This document shows, piece by piece, positions 18,608 to 29,135 of a stretch of 64,000 nt of DNA. The translations under genes were made by a program, and so were the position numbers. Every line of letters starts with the position of its first letter. The stretch's first letter is position 1. Under the pieces are notes generated by a model. That model was not told where the DNA came from. It worked only from the letters and a program-made list of their open reading frames with translations, and did no database searches. This DNA comes from an uncultured bacterium (GTDB lineage Bacteria; Electryoneota; Electryoneia; Electryoneales; Electryoneaceae): contig CAZKGR010000014.1 of the NCBI GenBank assembly GCA_964552465.1, positions 14,970 through 78,969 on the forward strand. The letters are read 5' to 3'.

Positions 18608-19045
18608 ATGAGTGTGCGTATTCGCAGTGCTGAAGACATGCCTGAAGACGTGATGGAGATTGTCCGTCCAGCACGCCGGGCGCGTAGAAATGCAGTCACT
18701 CCGCTCACCCATCATTCAGTAGGTGCGGCCCTTGAGGATGAAGAAGGTAACATATGGATCGGCTGCAACATTGAATCTCATTATCCCGGGCACGGGATCA
18801 CTGCTGAGCGAGTAGCACTTTATTCAGCGTTGGCAAATGGAATACGTAGTTTTCGCCGCATCGCAGTTGTTGGTTCAGGTGGTGAATTGCTGCCTCGCCC
18901 GTGTGGTGCGTCATTAGAGGCGTTGGGCGAACATGCCCCGCGTTTGATTGTTATCCTGTTCAATCCGGACACCAGCGAATGGGCTCAGTATACCTTATCG
19001 GAGTTGTTACCCGTACCTGAGAGCATTCAGACAGGGAATACGTGA
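18608..19045 (+). CDS. cytidine/deoxycytidylate deaminase-fold protein (cdd-like) with non-canonical zinc ligands
   Basis: T-CDA-like layout, but HGITAER replaces the CAE(R) motif and PCGASLE replaces PCGxCRQ. First gene of a udk-tdk-nupC operon. Confidence 0.55.
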   Translation: MSVRIRSAEDMPEDVMEIVRPARRARRNAVTPLTHHSVGAALEDEEGNIWIGCNIESHYPGHGITAERVALYSALANGIRSFRRIAVVGSGGELLPRPCGASLEALGEHAPRLIVILFNPDTSEWAQYTLSELLPVPESIQTGNT

Positions 19046-19046
19046 G

Positions 19047-19688
19047 ATGAAGCCCGTCGCGCTCGTCGGCATTGCCGGCGGAACATGTAGCGGTAAAAGC
19101 CTGGTCGCCAAACGTCTAGCGGCGGAAGTGGGGGAGGAGTACGTCCTTCGCATCAATCAGGACAGTTATTACCGGGACTTGCGTGATCTGACTCTCGAGG
19201 AACGTGCGCGGATCAATTTCGACCATCCAGATGCATTCGCTATGGAAGAAATGGTCGAGGCGGTTGATAAACTGCGCAACGGCGAGACGATTCTCGAACC
19301 GGTGTATAATTACTCCGAGCATATCCGTGAGCCGGAGCCGGTTGAACGAGAACCACGGCCAGTGGTGATTTTCGAAGGTATTCTCGTTCTGGAGAACAGT
19401 CGGCTGCGTGACAAAATGGACTACAAAGTGTACGTTGACGAGGATTCGGACATCCGTCTCGCTCGTCGCATACGCCGGGATGAGATCGAGCGCGGACGCA
19501 GCGCACAAAGTATTCTGCTGCAATATGAGGAGAGTGTTCGTCCGATGCATTTGCAATTTGTCGCCCCAAGCAGACGTTACGCAGACATCATCATTCCGCG
19601 TGGCGGTGAGAATAACGCTGCGATTGAAATGCTATCCAACCACATCCGCGCCTTGGTTGAGCGCGGGTCCAAGAAGACGAGTTCCTGA
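19047..19688 (+). CDS. udk: uridine kinase
   Basis: VGIAGGTCSGKS P-loop and uridine kinase family blocks. ATG at 19047. Confidence 0.85.
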   Translation: MKPVALVGIAGGTCSGKSLVAKRLAAEVGEEYVLRINQDSYYRDLRDLTLEERARINFDHPDAFAMEEMVEAVDKLRNGETILEPVYNYSEHIREPEPVEREPRPVVIFEGILVLENSRLRDKMDYKVYVDEDSDIRLARRIRRDEIERGRSAQSILLQYEESVRPMHLQFVAPSRRYADIIIPRGGENNAAIEMLSNHIRALVERGSKKTSS

Positions 19689-19691
19689 CTT

Positions 19692-20297
19692 ATGATGAAT
19701 GTTGTCCCTAAAGGAACCGGCTGGATTGAAGTCATCTGCGGGTGCATGTTCTCCGGCAAGACGGAGGAGCTGATCCGTCGATTGCGACGGGCACGGATCG
19801 CTCGTCAGGAAGTCATAATCTTCAAGCCCAAGATCGACGAACGTTACGCATCGGACGAAGTCGTCAGCCACAGCGATCAGAAACTTCCCTCGATCCAAGT
19901 CAAAACCGCCCGTGAGATAGAAGAACTGGTTGGAACAGCACATGTAGTTGGAGTTGATGAAGCTCAGTTTATCAGCGGGGATGTAACCGCTGTTGTTCGA
20001 CGTTTGGCCAATCAGGGCAAGAGAGTAGTTGTCACCGGGCTGGACACCGACTATCGTGGTGTGCCATTTGAACCGGTGCCAGCGTTGATGTGCGAAGCAG
20101 AAATCGTAACCAAGCTGATGGCTGTCTGCCATCGTTGCGGCGCACCTGCCCATCGGACTCAACGCATCAGCGGCGGTACTGATCGTGTGCAGGTCGGTGG
20201 ACAGGGCGAGTATGAAGCCCGTTGCCGGACCTGTTTCGAGCGTCCTGACGAATCGGGGGAAATTACAGGCCAGGCGCGGTTGTTTAATGGTGAGTAA
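19692..20297 (+). CDS. tdk: thymidine kinase
   Basis: GCMFSGKTEELIRR P-loop; the C-terminal zinc ribbon cysteines CHRCG and CRTC. Confidence 0.9.
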   Translation: MMNVVPKGTGWIEVICGCMFSGKTEELIRRLRRARIARQEVIIFKPKIDERYASDEVVSHSDQKLPSIQVKTAREIEELVGTAHVVGVDEAQFISGDVTAVVRRLANQGKRVVVTGLDTDYRGVPFEPVPALMCEAEIVTKLMAVCHRCGAPAHRTQRISGGTDRVQVGGQGEYEARCRTCFERPDESGEITGQARLFNGE

Positions 20298-20308
20298 TAA
20301 CAGGGAGT

Positions 20309-21610
20309 GTGCACGTGGAACGATTCATCGGCGTGCTTGGGGTGTTTGTATTAATGGGGATTGCGTGGCTTCTGTCAACGAATCGGCGCGCGATCAATTG
20401 GCGTACGGTCAGTGTGGGAGTTGGATTACAGGTCGCCTTTGCATTGTTGATTTTGCGAACCGGTCCAGGCGAGCTGGTCTTTGAGGCGGCGCGTGCTTTC
20501 ATCTCCAACATTCTGAGTTATACGGATCAGGGTGCCTATTTCATCTTCGGCAACTTATACCTCTCAGGAACCAACATCGCTGAATCCATCCCCGGCGCAA
20601 TGCTTGGCAAGGGTTTCGAGGTATTTGATCCCGCGTCGGGTGGTATGGTCGGCCTCGGGACGATCTTCGCGTTTCACGTGCTTCCCACCATCATTTTCTT
20701 TGCCTCATTGATGGCACTGCTGTATCACCTCGGAATCATGCAGCAGATCGTGCGCGGATTCGCGTGGCTGATGAAGCGGACGATGAAAACCAGCGGTTCG
20801 GAGTCGTTGTCGGCAGCGTCGAACATCTTTGTCGGTCAGACGGAAGCGCCGTTCGTGGTCAAACCGTTCCTCGCGAAGATGACGAACAGCGAGATAATGG
20901 CGATCATGTCGGCCGGATTCGCGACGGTAGCCGGTGGTGTGCTGGCGGCGTATGTACGCTTTGGGGTTGACGCTGGTCACCTGATGGCGGCATCGCTGAT
21001 GAGTGCGCCTGCAGCGTTGGTCATGGCCAAGATCATGGTTCCGGAGACGGAGAAAAGTGAAACCGCCGACTCGATGAAGATGCACGTCGAAAAGACTTAC
21101 AGCAATCCGATTGACGCTGCGGCTGGTGGAGCAACTGACGGTCTCAAGCTGGCGGTTAATGTCGCCGCGATGTTGATCGCCTTCATCGCGCTGGTCGCGT
21201 TGATCAACGGTCTGCTCGGTTGGATCGGAGGCTTCTTCGGCGTGAGCGACCTTTCGTTACGGATGATCCTCGGTTACGCGTTCAGCCCGCTGGCATTCGT
21301 GATGGGTGTGGATTGGGCGGATGCCCTGGACGTTGGCTCGCTGCTCGGCGCGAAGATCACTATCAACGAGTTCCTTGCGTTCATTGACTTGGCAGCGCTG
21401 GAAGGCGTGATCAGCGAACGTAGCTTCATCATCTCAACGTATGCGCTGACCGGATTTGCGAACTTCTCATCCATCGCGATCCAAATCGGCGGGATTTCGG
21501 TGCTGGTTCCGGAACGTCGCGCGACGCTCGCCCGTTACGGCCTTCGTGCTATGATCGCCGGTGCATTGGCTTCCTGGCAGACAGCTGCGATTGCAGGGAT
21601 TTTGTTGTGA
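20309..21610 (+). CDS. nupC: NupC-family concentrative nucleoside transporter
   Basis: Polytopic membrane protein with NupC/CNT family blocks; GTG start; ends with a TGA stop. Confidence 0.85.
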   Translation: MHVERFIGVLGVFVLMGIAWLLSTNRRAINWRTVSVGVGLQVAFALLILRTGPGELVFEAARAFISNILSYTDQGAYFIFGNLYLSGTNIAESIPGAMLGKGFEVFDPASGGMVGLGTIFAFHVLPTIIFFASLMALLYHLGIMQQIVRGFAWLMKRTMKTSGSESLSAASNIFVGQTEAPFVVKPFLAKMTNSEIMAIMSAGFATVAGGVLAAYVRFGVDAGHLMAASLMSAPAALVMAKIMVPETEKSETADSMKMHVEKTYSNPIDAAAGGATDGLKLAVNVAAMLIAFIALVALINGLLGWIGGFFGVSDLSLRMILGYAFSPLAFVMGVDWADALDVGSLLGAKITINEFLAFIDLAALEGVISERSFIISTYALTGFANFSSIAIQIGGISVLVPERRATLARYGLRAMIAGALASWQTAAIAGILL

Positions 21611-21698
21611 TGGATTTGCCCCAGGTGTCATCCTGAACGTAGTGCCTGTCAGCCGTAGCCTCGGCGTAGGTTGAAAGGATCTCTCGTTTGATAGTGTG

Positions 21699-21730
21699 AC
21701 CCGGTCCGGCAGCTGCCGGACCGGGTTTTT
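21699..21730 (+). terminator. intrinsic terminator CCCGGTCCGGCAGCTGCCGGACCGGG followed by a T-run
   Basis: Perfect GC-rich hairpin followed by TTTTT, downstream of nupC. Confidence 0.65.
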
Positions 21731-21776
21731 ACTCATTCCTCAGCATATATTAATATAGATCTATATCCCAATATCT

Positions 21777-23911
21777 ATGGGGGACAATGCCATGCGTACC
21801 CTGATGATCTTGATTATCGTCCTTCTTCTACCCATTGTTGTAATCGCCCAAGACAGCTTGAACGTCAGCATGGTAGCCACGATGTTTGAATCATGGCATA
21901 TCGGCGAGGAAATAGATGTCGCAGGCAATTACGCCTATGTCCTCACCGAAGCAACTGGGCTTCGTATTGTAGATATTAGCGATTCATACTCGCCGGTTGA
22001 GATAGGATATCTTCCCTTAAATTGGTTGCCGTATTCAATAAGCGTAGAAGGTGACTATGCTTACAGAGGTGGATTGTTGACGTTAGTGAGGCGGCTAATC
22101 CTATAGAGATTTCATCCTATGAGGTTATTGGTCCGGCGGGTGGTTTAAAGGTAGTAGGCGATTATGCCTACGTAGCTGACGGTAATGCCGGTCTACGTGT
22201 GTTCGACGTGAGTGATCCATACAATCCCGATCATATAAGTATTTGCAACACCGGAGGTATCTCTCACGATGTAGATGTTGCAGGTAATTACGCGTACGTA
22301 GGTGATGGGGGATATCTTCGAGTAATTGACATCAGCAATCCACATGCGATTATCGAGGTTGGTTCATGCCAAACATCGGGATTTGCCGAGAAAGTGTCAG
22401 TAGCAGACGGATATGTTTACGTAACTGACGATGAATGGACTGGATACCTGAGTGTCGTTGACGTTAGCGATCCACTGGAACCAACAGAGGTAGGTGCAAC
22501 TGCTATTGGCCAATATGGATTAAAAGACGCTGTTGCATTGAATGGTTACGTTTATCTCGCATATGGTGGCGACTTACTTGTCTTTGATGTAAATGATCCG
22601 ACCAACCCTACTCAAGTGGCCTCCTGTCAGGTAGAAGAAAATGCTTGGGGTGTAGCGATCTCTGGAGATCAGGTAAGTGTAGTATGTCGGTTCAGTGCCA
22701 TGAGCGTGATTGATGTCAGCAACCCTCTGGTGCCAACAGTAACGGGTTCCTATTTCGCTCCGGGGCGACTCTATAACGTGGCCATTTCTGATGGATATGC
22801 ATACTTGGCTGACGTAGAAGAAGGCTTACTGGTGGCAGAAATCAACTCTCCAAATGGACCGGTAGAAATTGGTAGTTTTGAAACACTAGGTGAGCCATAT
22901 GATGTCGCTGTAGCAGATGGCTTTGTTTACTTGACAGATTCTTTGGAAGGATTACAAGTATTTGATGTCAACAATCCATATTATCCTTTCATAATAACTA
23001 CAATTGATACTTATAGTTCTTTCGTTGCAATTGCAGGTCAACATCTTTATGTGGCAAGTCCATCTCTCTACATATTTGACATTAGCAATCCGTATGTTCC
23101 AATACAAATTGGATATCTTGGGGTAGGTTTTCTTAGCGATATGATTGTTGAAGGAAATCATGCGTACTTAGTGGATTATAATGCTGGCCTACGTGTTGTT
23201 GATATAAGTGATCCCACCTCACCGATTGTTGTTGGATCCCTGCCCATGCAAGCACTATCTGTTGATGTGTCTGGGGATTATGCTTATCTAGCAGCCGAAT
23301 TCGATGGTTTAGTAATAGTTGATATAAGTGATCCCGCCGATCCAATCCAAATCGCCTCATATAATTTGCAATCCTATCGAACAGAAGAAGTAAAGGTCGT
23401 AGATGGATACGCTTACGTAGGATACGAACAGTCCCCTGGCTTTCCACGCACCAGATATATGCGTGTAATCAATGTGACTAATCCTGCTACTCCGATAGAG
23501 GTCGGCTACTATGAAACTCCAGGTGAACTGAAGGACATTGCGGCAGAGAACGGATTCGTGTATGTCGCTGACAAGTTCTACTTCCACATCCTCGACTGTA
23601 CTCAGGCGCTCCCTGTCGACGAGAAAATGATTGACCTGACGCCTGTATCCTTCAGTCTGGGCGCAGCCTATCCGAATCCCTTTAACCCGTTAACGACCTT
23701 GAGGATAGACCTTCCGCATCCGTCAAACCTGCAATCAGTGGTTTACAACATGCTCGGCCAACCGGTTGCGATGCTCGCAGATGGTCGGTTCCTCGCTGGT
23801 CAACACATGCTGACCTTCGACGGGACCGCCTTGGCGACAGGACAATATTTCATTCGTGTGCAAGTTGTCGGACACTTGGATGAGACCCGCAAAGTGGTGT
23901 TGCTGAAATAA
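21777..23911 (+). pseudogene. LVIVD-repeat beta-propeller protein with T9SS C-terminal sorting domain; reading frame broken by a 1-nt shift near 22070-22080
   Basis: The ORFs 21777..22106 (signal peptide plus first LVIVD repeat) and 22199..23911 (LVIVD repeats plus CTD ending KVVLLK) are one gene. The LVIVD periodicity (GDYAY..GGL.IVDVS.A.NP) continues in frame 2 from position 22073. Either a genuine frameshift or a sequencing error. Confidence 0.6.
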
Positions 23912-23958
23912 ATTGTTGACAGGTTTAGTTTCGTTGGTGGTAAACCATGGATTAGAAA

Positions 23959-24019
23959 ATGAGCAAGTTGGTATTACTAACTGAATGACACCCGGTTTGG
24001 AACCAAACCGGGCCACCCG
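23959..24019. repeat. about 60-bp repeat containing the palindrome CCGGTTTGGAACCAAACCGG, copy 1 (downstream of the LVIVD gene)
   Basis: About 90 percent identical to 28325..28385. Confidence 0.5.
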
Positions 24020-24155
24020 TCGAAGTCGAGTTTTGCCAAGTGGAAGATTCCGGGCAATGTCTCGTATCTTTGGTTATATTAATACAATCAATAACGTATG
24101 ATGGCTGGTTGGTACCAACTTCTATAAATGCTGACATCTGACTTTGGAGGATGAA

Positions 24156-26699
24156 ATGAATCCTACACGTTCAACCATTGCCCCTGTTTACCTTCGGTTG
24201 TCACTCCTGATTTTCCTGTTTCTTCCAGCTGTCCCGGCAACTGCTCAAGTAACATTCAGCAACGAAATCCAGATTACCGGTTTTGAGACTGGGATCAATT
24301 CCGTCTATAGCATAGATTTGGATGGTGATGGCGATTTCGATATTCTCTCGTCATCAGAGACTGATGACAAAATATCGTGGTATGAAAACCTGGATGGATT
24401 TGGCAGTTTCGGGTATAAACAGGAAATATCAAATGAAGCAGATTATGCCTCAGATGTGATCGGGGCCGACATAGACGGAGATGGAGACTATGACGTCATC
24501 TCTGCTTCACGGCTCGATTATAAAATTGCCTGGTACGAAAATCTAGATGGCCTTGGCAATTTCGGGCAACAGCACGTCATTTCATCCAACGCTGCCTGGG
24601 CGACATCTGTTTGTAGTGCAGACCTCGATGGCGATGGTGATGTCGATATCCTCTCCTCATCCTGGACGGACAACAAAATCGCCTGGTATGAAAACCTGGA
24701 TGGGTGGGGGAACTTCAGTCCTGAGATCATAATCACTACCTCCTGCTCCGGCGCAAATGATGTCATCTGCAAAGATCTGGATGGTGATGGAGATCTGGAT
24801 GTTCTTTCTGCTTCAGATCATGACCCCAATATTGCGTGGTATGAGAACACAGATGGATTGGGAACATTCGGTGCACAACAAACAATTTCGAACTACGCTG
24901 ATGGGGCGAAAACCGTATTCAGCACAGATTTAGACGGGGATGGGGACAACGACGTAGTCTCTGCATCAGAAACGATTGGCGAAATATCCTGGCAGGAGAA
25001 TCTTGACGGTCTCGGCAGCTTCAGCGTCGAGCAAGTCATCGGAACCAGCACGTGGGACGTCCGTTCGCTATACGGTGACGATATGGATGGAGATGGGGAT
25101 TGTGATTTGCTCTCTGCACACGGTAGTTCCAGAGTTTCTTGGTTTCAGAACACAGATGGATTAGGAAACTTCGGTTGGCAAAGGTATTTGTCGGAGAGGT
25201 CGCGAGGTGTGGCGGATGTCATCACAGCAGACCTGGATGGCGATGGGGATAAGGAGGTTATATCAGCTGCAGACGAGTATGATTATATCGAATGGTTTGA
25301 AAACCTGGATGATTCAGATTATTTCGGCCAAACGAATATTATTACTGTTACTACAGTAGGACCGAGATGTGTCTATTCAGCTGATCTTGATGGTGATGGG
25401 GATAATGATCTACTCTCAGGCTCTGAGTACGATGACAGAATAGCGTGGTATGAGAATCTGGATGGAGAAGGAACATTTGGTCTCCAACGGACAATTGCGA
25501 TAGGTGCTCATTCTGGTATGAAAATTACATGCGGAGACTTGGATGGCGATGGTGACCTGGATGTCCTTTCCACTTCAAATTCTTATTTGTATTCAGATCG
25601 GTTGGCTTGGTACGAGAACCTGGATGGGTTAGGGAACTTCGGACCACAATACGTAATTAGACAAGGTAATGGTTCACCCATAGCATCATGCGCAGATTTG
25701 GATGGCGATGGTGATCTTGACGTCATTTCTGGTTCACATAGTGGATGGTTGACTTGGTATGAAAATCTGGATGGATTAGGGGATTTCGGGCTGGGTAGCC
25801 CGATCCCTCCCGATCTTGACGGCGCACAAGCTGTTTGTTGCGCGGATATGGACGGTGATGGTGACATCGATGTAGTCGCCAGCGATGGTGAGTTTTGGGG
25901 GGAAATTGTCTGGTATGAGAACCTGGAAGGATCAGGTGTATTTGGTGACCGGCAATTAGTGTCAGGTGCAAATGATAGCAGAACAAGTATTTTCTGTACC
26001 GATATCGACAACGATGGCGATATCGATGTAATCTCAGGAACCTACTCTGGTGGTGAACTCTATTGGTTTGAAAACCAGGATGGACTCGGCTCTTTCGCTG
26101 CTGGAACTCACCATGTATCACTCTATGCGTCGGGAACAACTTCGGTGTTCAGCGTCGATCTTGATAATGACGGTGATAATGATTTCCTCGCAAGTTCTAT
26201 CTATATGCCGAATATAACCTGGTATGAGAATACGGACGGTGCCGGCACTTTCGGCCCTCTTCAAGTTGTGTTCAACAATGCGATAGGATCTGAATCCATA
26301 TTCAGTGCAGATTTCGATAACGATGGCGACTATGATGTGGTCTCGGCATCACTTAATGAACATAAGATCTCGTGGTTCCGCAACGAGTTGATAACTGGAG
26401 TAGGCGAAGAAGTCATAGCTTCAGCTAATCCGAAAGGTTACCGGATACGATCAGTGTTCCCCAATCCTTTCAATCCAGTTACTACTATAGAAATTGAACT
26501 CCCAACTGTTTCTGGTCTGCGGCTGAGTGTTTTCGATGTCCAGGGACGGCGAGTGGCGATTCTTAATTCTCGTCGTCTTCCTGCTGGTTCACATTGCTTT
26601 TCGTTCGACGGTACGGACAGTGCGAGCGGAGTCTATTTTATCAGGGCTTTTGTGCCAGGTAAAATGAATGAGATACGAAAAATTATCCTGATGAAGTAG
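24156..26699 (+). CDS. FG-GAP/VCBS-repeat protein (about 13 repeats) with T9SS C-terminal sorting domain
   Basis: Signal peptide; about 13 repeats of DLDGDGDxDVxS...WYENLDGxGxF; C-terminal NPFNP...VYFIRA...KIILMK CTD. GGAGGA just before the ATG at 24156. Confidence 0.8.
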   Translation: MNPTRSTIAPVYLRLSLLIFLFLPAVPATAQVTFSNEIQITGFETGINSVYSIDLDGDGDFDILSSSETDDKISWYENLDGFGSFGYKQEISNEADYASDVIGADIDGDGDYDVISASRLDYKIAWYENLDGLGNFGQQHVISSNAAWATSVCSADLDGDGDVDILSSSWTDNKIAWYENLDGWGNFSPEIIITTSCSGANDVICKDLDGDGDLDVLSASDHDPNIAWYENTDGLGTFGAQQTISNYADGAKTVFSTDLDGDGDNDVVSASETIGEISWQENLDGLGSFSVEQVIGTSTWDVRSLYGDDMDGDGDCDLLSAHGSSRVSWFQNTDGLGNFGWQRYLSERSRGVADVITADLDGDGDKEVISAADEYDYIEWFENLDDSDYFGQTNIITVTTVGPRCVYSADLDGDGDNDLLSGSEYDDRIAWYENLDGEGTFGLQRTIAIGAHSGMKITCGDLDGDGDLDVLSTSNSYLYSDRLAWYENLDGLGNFGPQYVIRQGNGSPIASCADLDGDGDLDVISGSHSGWLTWYENLDGLGDFGLGSPIPPDLDGAQAVCCADMDGDGDIDVVASDGEFWGEIVWYENLEGSGVFGDRQLVSGANDSRTSIFCTDIDNDGDIDVISGTYSGGELYWFENQDGLGSFAAGTHHVSLYASGTTSVFSVDLDNDGDNDFLASSIYMPNITWYENTDGAGTFGPLQVVFNNAIGSESIFSADFDNDGDYDVVSASLNEHKISWFRNELITGVGEEVIASANPKGYRIRSVFPNPFNPVTTIEIELPTVSGLRLSVFDVQGRRVAILNSRRLPAGSHCFSFDGTDSASGVYFIRAFVPGKMNEIRKIILMK

Positions 26700-26864
26700 G
26701 TGCATGTCAGAAAAACGAGACGCGTTATGATGAGCCGAATTGAGACGCTTCCTGTACTTCCTGATCACTCACTTCTCAGTGAGTGTTTTTTTCTCATTAT
26801 CGATTGAAGACTATGTATTCTGCCTCGTTACCGATTAGCTTCTTCATGTTGATGAGGATTCCAC

Positions 26865-28328
26865 ATGGAGACCGAAGTCATGAGATCTATTCTTCTCGTT
26901 GTCTGTTTGCTGGCAGTGTCATCTGCCCTCGCGAGCCCAGTTTCTCTGGAAGAAGCGACGATAGCTGCCCATCGATTTGTCGAGTTCAGAACCGCATTAG
27001 ATCAATGGGATGGTCAAACGCCTGCAGAGATTCGTTTGGAACGCGTGATTGAGCATGAAGCGCAAATGTTGGCGTACTACTTCGAAGTTGATCCCGCCGG
27101 TTGTGTGCTGATATCCGGATTCCGCGAACTGCCACCGGTCAAGATGTACTCAGAACATCACCGCCTGACCTTTGAACAACCTGAATCCGCAGGGGTGATG
27201 ATCACTCAAGTGTTGCAGCAAAAGGCAGCGACCATCCGCAAGTATCCAGACCTCCCGGCAATGGCAGCTGCAGGCGTAGATGTCACGGCTGTGCAAGAGT
27301 GTTACGACTTGTGGCAAGTATTCACCCAACCGTCACACGAGGCGTTTGTCGAAGAAGCGGTTGCTCGAGAACTTGATGAATACATCCCCGGCACCATCCT
27401 GATCGATTCCATCTGGCATCAGGAAGCACCGTACAACAATTTCTGTCCGATCGAGAACACGGAGAACTGCAAAGTCGGCTGTGTCGCGACCGCTACCGCA
27501 CAAATCATGTATTACTGGCAGTGGCCAGAAGCAGGGCAGGGATCACATGGTTATACGTGGAATGGGCAACTTGTCTCCGCGAATTTCAGCGATCCGTACG
27601 ATTGGAACGACATTCTGCCGGAATACGGGCAACCATGGGAACACACCGAAGACGAACTCAACGCGATCGCTGAATTGTGCTTTGAAGTCGGCGTAGCATA
27701 TGAAATGAACTATGGGGTGGATGGCTCCGGTGCGTTCACTTCAGACGTGATCACGATTCTACCACAGTATTTCCGTTACCTCGATGGCATAGCTGAAGAG
27801 TCCAGAGTCGCGTATCCGGATGATCAGGCATGGTTCGACATGCTTTGCACTGAGCTTGATCTGGAACGTCCGATGATGTACACCATCCGAAACGCTGATT
27901 GGGGTCACGCTATTGTAGTTGATGGATATCGCGTCGAGTTGGATGTCAACGAGCTACACATAAACTATGGCGGGTGGGAGGATATATTCCTCGGGTGGTA
28001 CGCGTTGGATGCCATTCCTTATGCCGACTGGCCCGATACCGAAACAGCGTATCGCTACATCCAGCCAGATACCCAGGCCGGCGATCCCGATGCTGTAGTG
28101 ATCACGCTTACCCCGGAACAATACCCATACATGATAGTCCCGCAAGGCGGATCCTTCACCTATGACCTGACACTCGAAACTAACTTGGATCAACCTGTTT
28201 ACGGATGTCCAAAAGATCCTCTTCGTCCAGTAGAGACGAAAAGCCTCATCCAGGTAGAAAGGGCGGCCCTGTTTGCTTGTCAAACAGGGTTTCATTTGTT
28301 AGGTAGTAGTCGATGGATAAGTGTATGA
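26865..28328 (+). CDS. C10-family (streptopain/PrtT-like) cysteine peptidase with N-terminal pro-domain; 3-prime truncated, no T9SS CTD
   Basis: Signal peptide; catalytic Cys block NCKVGCVATATAQIMYYWQWP and His block WGHAIVVDGYRVE. Homology to the paralog at 29817..31730 stops after TLETNLDQP. The last roughly 42 codons derive from repeat-like sequence and run through a terminator-like hairpin. Confidence 0.7.
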   Translation: METEVMRSILLVVCLLAVSSALASPVSLEEATIAAHRFVEFRTALDQWDGQTPAEIRLERVIEHEAQMLAYYFEVDPAGCVLISGFRELPPVKMYSEHHRLTFEQPESAGVMITQVLQQKAATIRKYPDLPAMAAAGVDVTAVQECYDLWQVFTQPSHEAFVEEAVARELDEYIPGTILIDSIWHQEAPYNNFCPIENTENCKVGCVATATAQIMYYWQWPEAGQGSHGYTWNGQLVSANFSDPYDWNDILPEYGQPWEHTEDELNAIAELCFEVGVAYEMNYGVDGSGAFTSDVITILPQYFRYLDGIAEESRVAYPDDQAWFDMLCTELDLERPMMYTIRNADWGHAIVVDGYRVELDVNELHINYGGWEDIFLGWYALDAIPYADWPDTETAYRYIQPDTQAGDPDAVVITLTPEQYPYMIVPQGGSFTYDLTLETNLDQPVYGCPKDPLRPVETKSLIQVERAALFACQTGFHLLGSSRWISV

Positions 28329-28385
28329 GCAGGTTGGTATCATTCACTGAATGACACCCGGTTTGGAACCAAACCGAGCCACCCG
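28325..28385. repeat. about 60-bp repeat containing the palindrome CCGGTTTGGAACCAAACCG, copy 2 (overlaps the stop codon of C10 copy 1)
   Basis: About 90 percent identical to 23959..24019. Confidence 0.5.
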
Positions 28386-28452
28386 CCCGGGGGACATAAC
28401 CATCTGTAGACTCTCTTGATGCGGGATGTAGAGCTTTAGAAGGGATTGAGGC

Positions 28453-29106
28453 ATGCTTAAGAACAGGACGAGAAAATACCAGACGGGTCTACTCTGGCAA
28501 ATTGTGTTGTTGTTATTGATATGTCCTGAGATTCTATCTGCGAAAACTCCTGAGTTCTCCTTCTCATTAAACTATAAACCAAATGTGCAGCCGAGTCTGA
28601 ATTCATTCCATACACAGCATTCTACCTTCGTGTCACCAAGGTCCAGCGATTCTTTTCCTGATTCTGGCATTCTGATGGGCAAATATCAAAATGATCTATT
28701 TAAAGATTACCCATCAGGTTTCTCTCCATTTATCATATCAACCGAATCAGGCAGCTCGTCTGAATCAGAATCTGGAAGCTCAACTTTGGAAGAAATTGGA
28801 TACATATTGGCGATGGAAACCGTGTTTACTGGAATGAGTTATCTCGCAAGCCGAGAGGAGGGTTCAGGTCCTGCTATCGCAGGAGGATTCGATGTCCTTA
28901 TAGGATTGGCCGGTATACCAAATGCGACCATACAAGACTCAAATGCGAAAAAGGCTGGCTACTTCCTGATCTCTGCCGGGTTTATCGCAAAGTCGCTCTA
29001 TAATTTTCATTATGGTGAAAACCATGATACGAAAACCCGATTTTTAACGAATTTCATTGGATTCAATGTACTTGTGTTTACTGGATATTATCTGGACACG
29101 TTGTAG
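28453..29106 (+). CDS. hypothetical secreted/membrane protein (217 aa)
   Basis: N-terminal hydrophobic signal; Ser-rich low-complexity linker; hydrophobic C-terminal half. AT-rich relative to its surroundings. Confidence 0.4.
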   Translation: MLKNRTRKYQTGLLWQIVLLLLICPEILSAKTPEFSFSLNYKPNVQPSLNSFHTQHSTFVSPRSSDSFPDSGILMGKYQNDLFKDYPSGFSPFIISTESGSSSESESGSSTLEEIGYILAMETVFTGMSYLASREEGSGPAIAGGFDVLIGLAGIPNATIQDSNAKKAGYFLISAGFIAKSLYNFHYGENHDTKTRFLTNFIGFNVLVFTGYYLDTL

Positions 29107-29135
29107 GAATTCTCTGACTGAAAGACGGTGACTGT

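Noticed and set aside
21777-23911. Treating 21777..22106 and 22199..23911 as two independent genes
   Set aside because: The first ORF has a signal peptide plus one LVIVD repeat and no C-terminus. The second lacks a signal peptide and begins mid-repeat. The LVIVD periodicity continues seamlessly across a 1-nt frame change at about 22073. This is one gene with a frameshift.
25583-26139. Long antisense ORFs (142 aa and 138 aa) inside the FG-GAP repeat gene, and a CRISPR-like periodicity of the region
   Set aside because: The periodicity comes from about 13 protein-coding FG-GAP repeats of roughly 180 nt with diverged units. There are no short identical direct repeats with unique spacers. The antisense ORFs are low-complexity artefacts of the repeated sense sequence.
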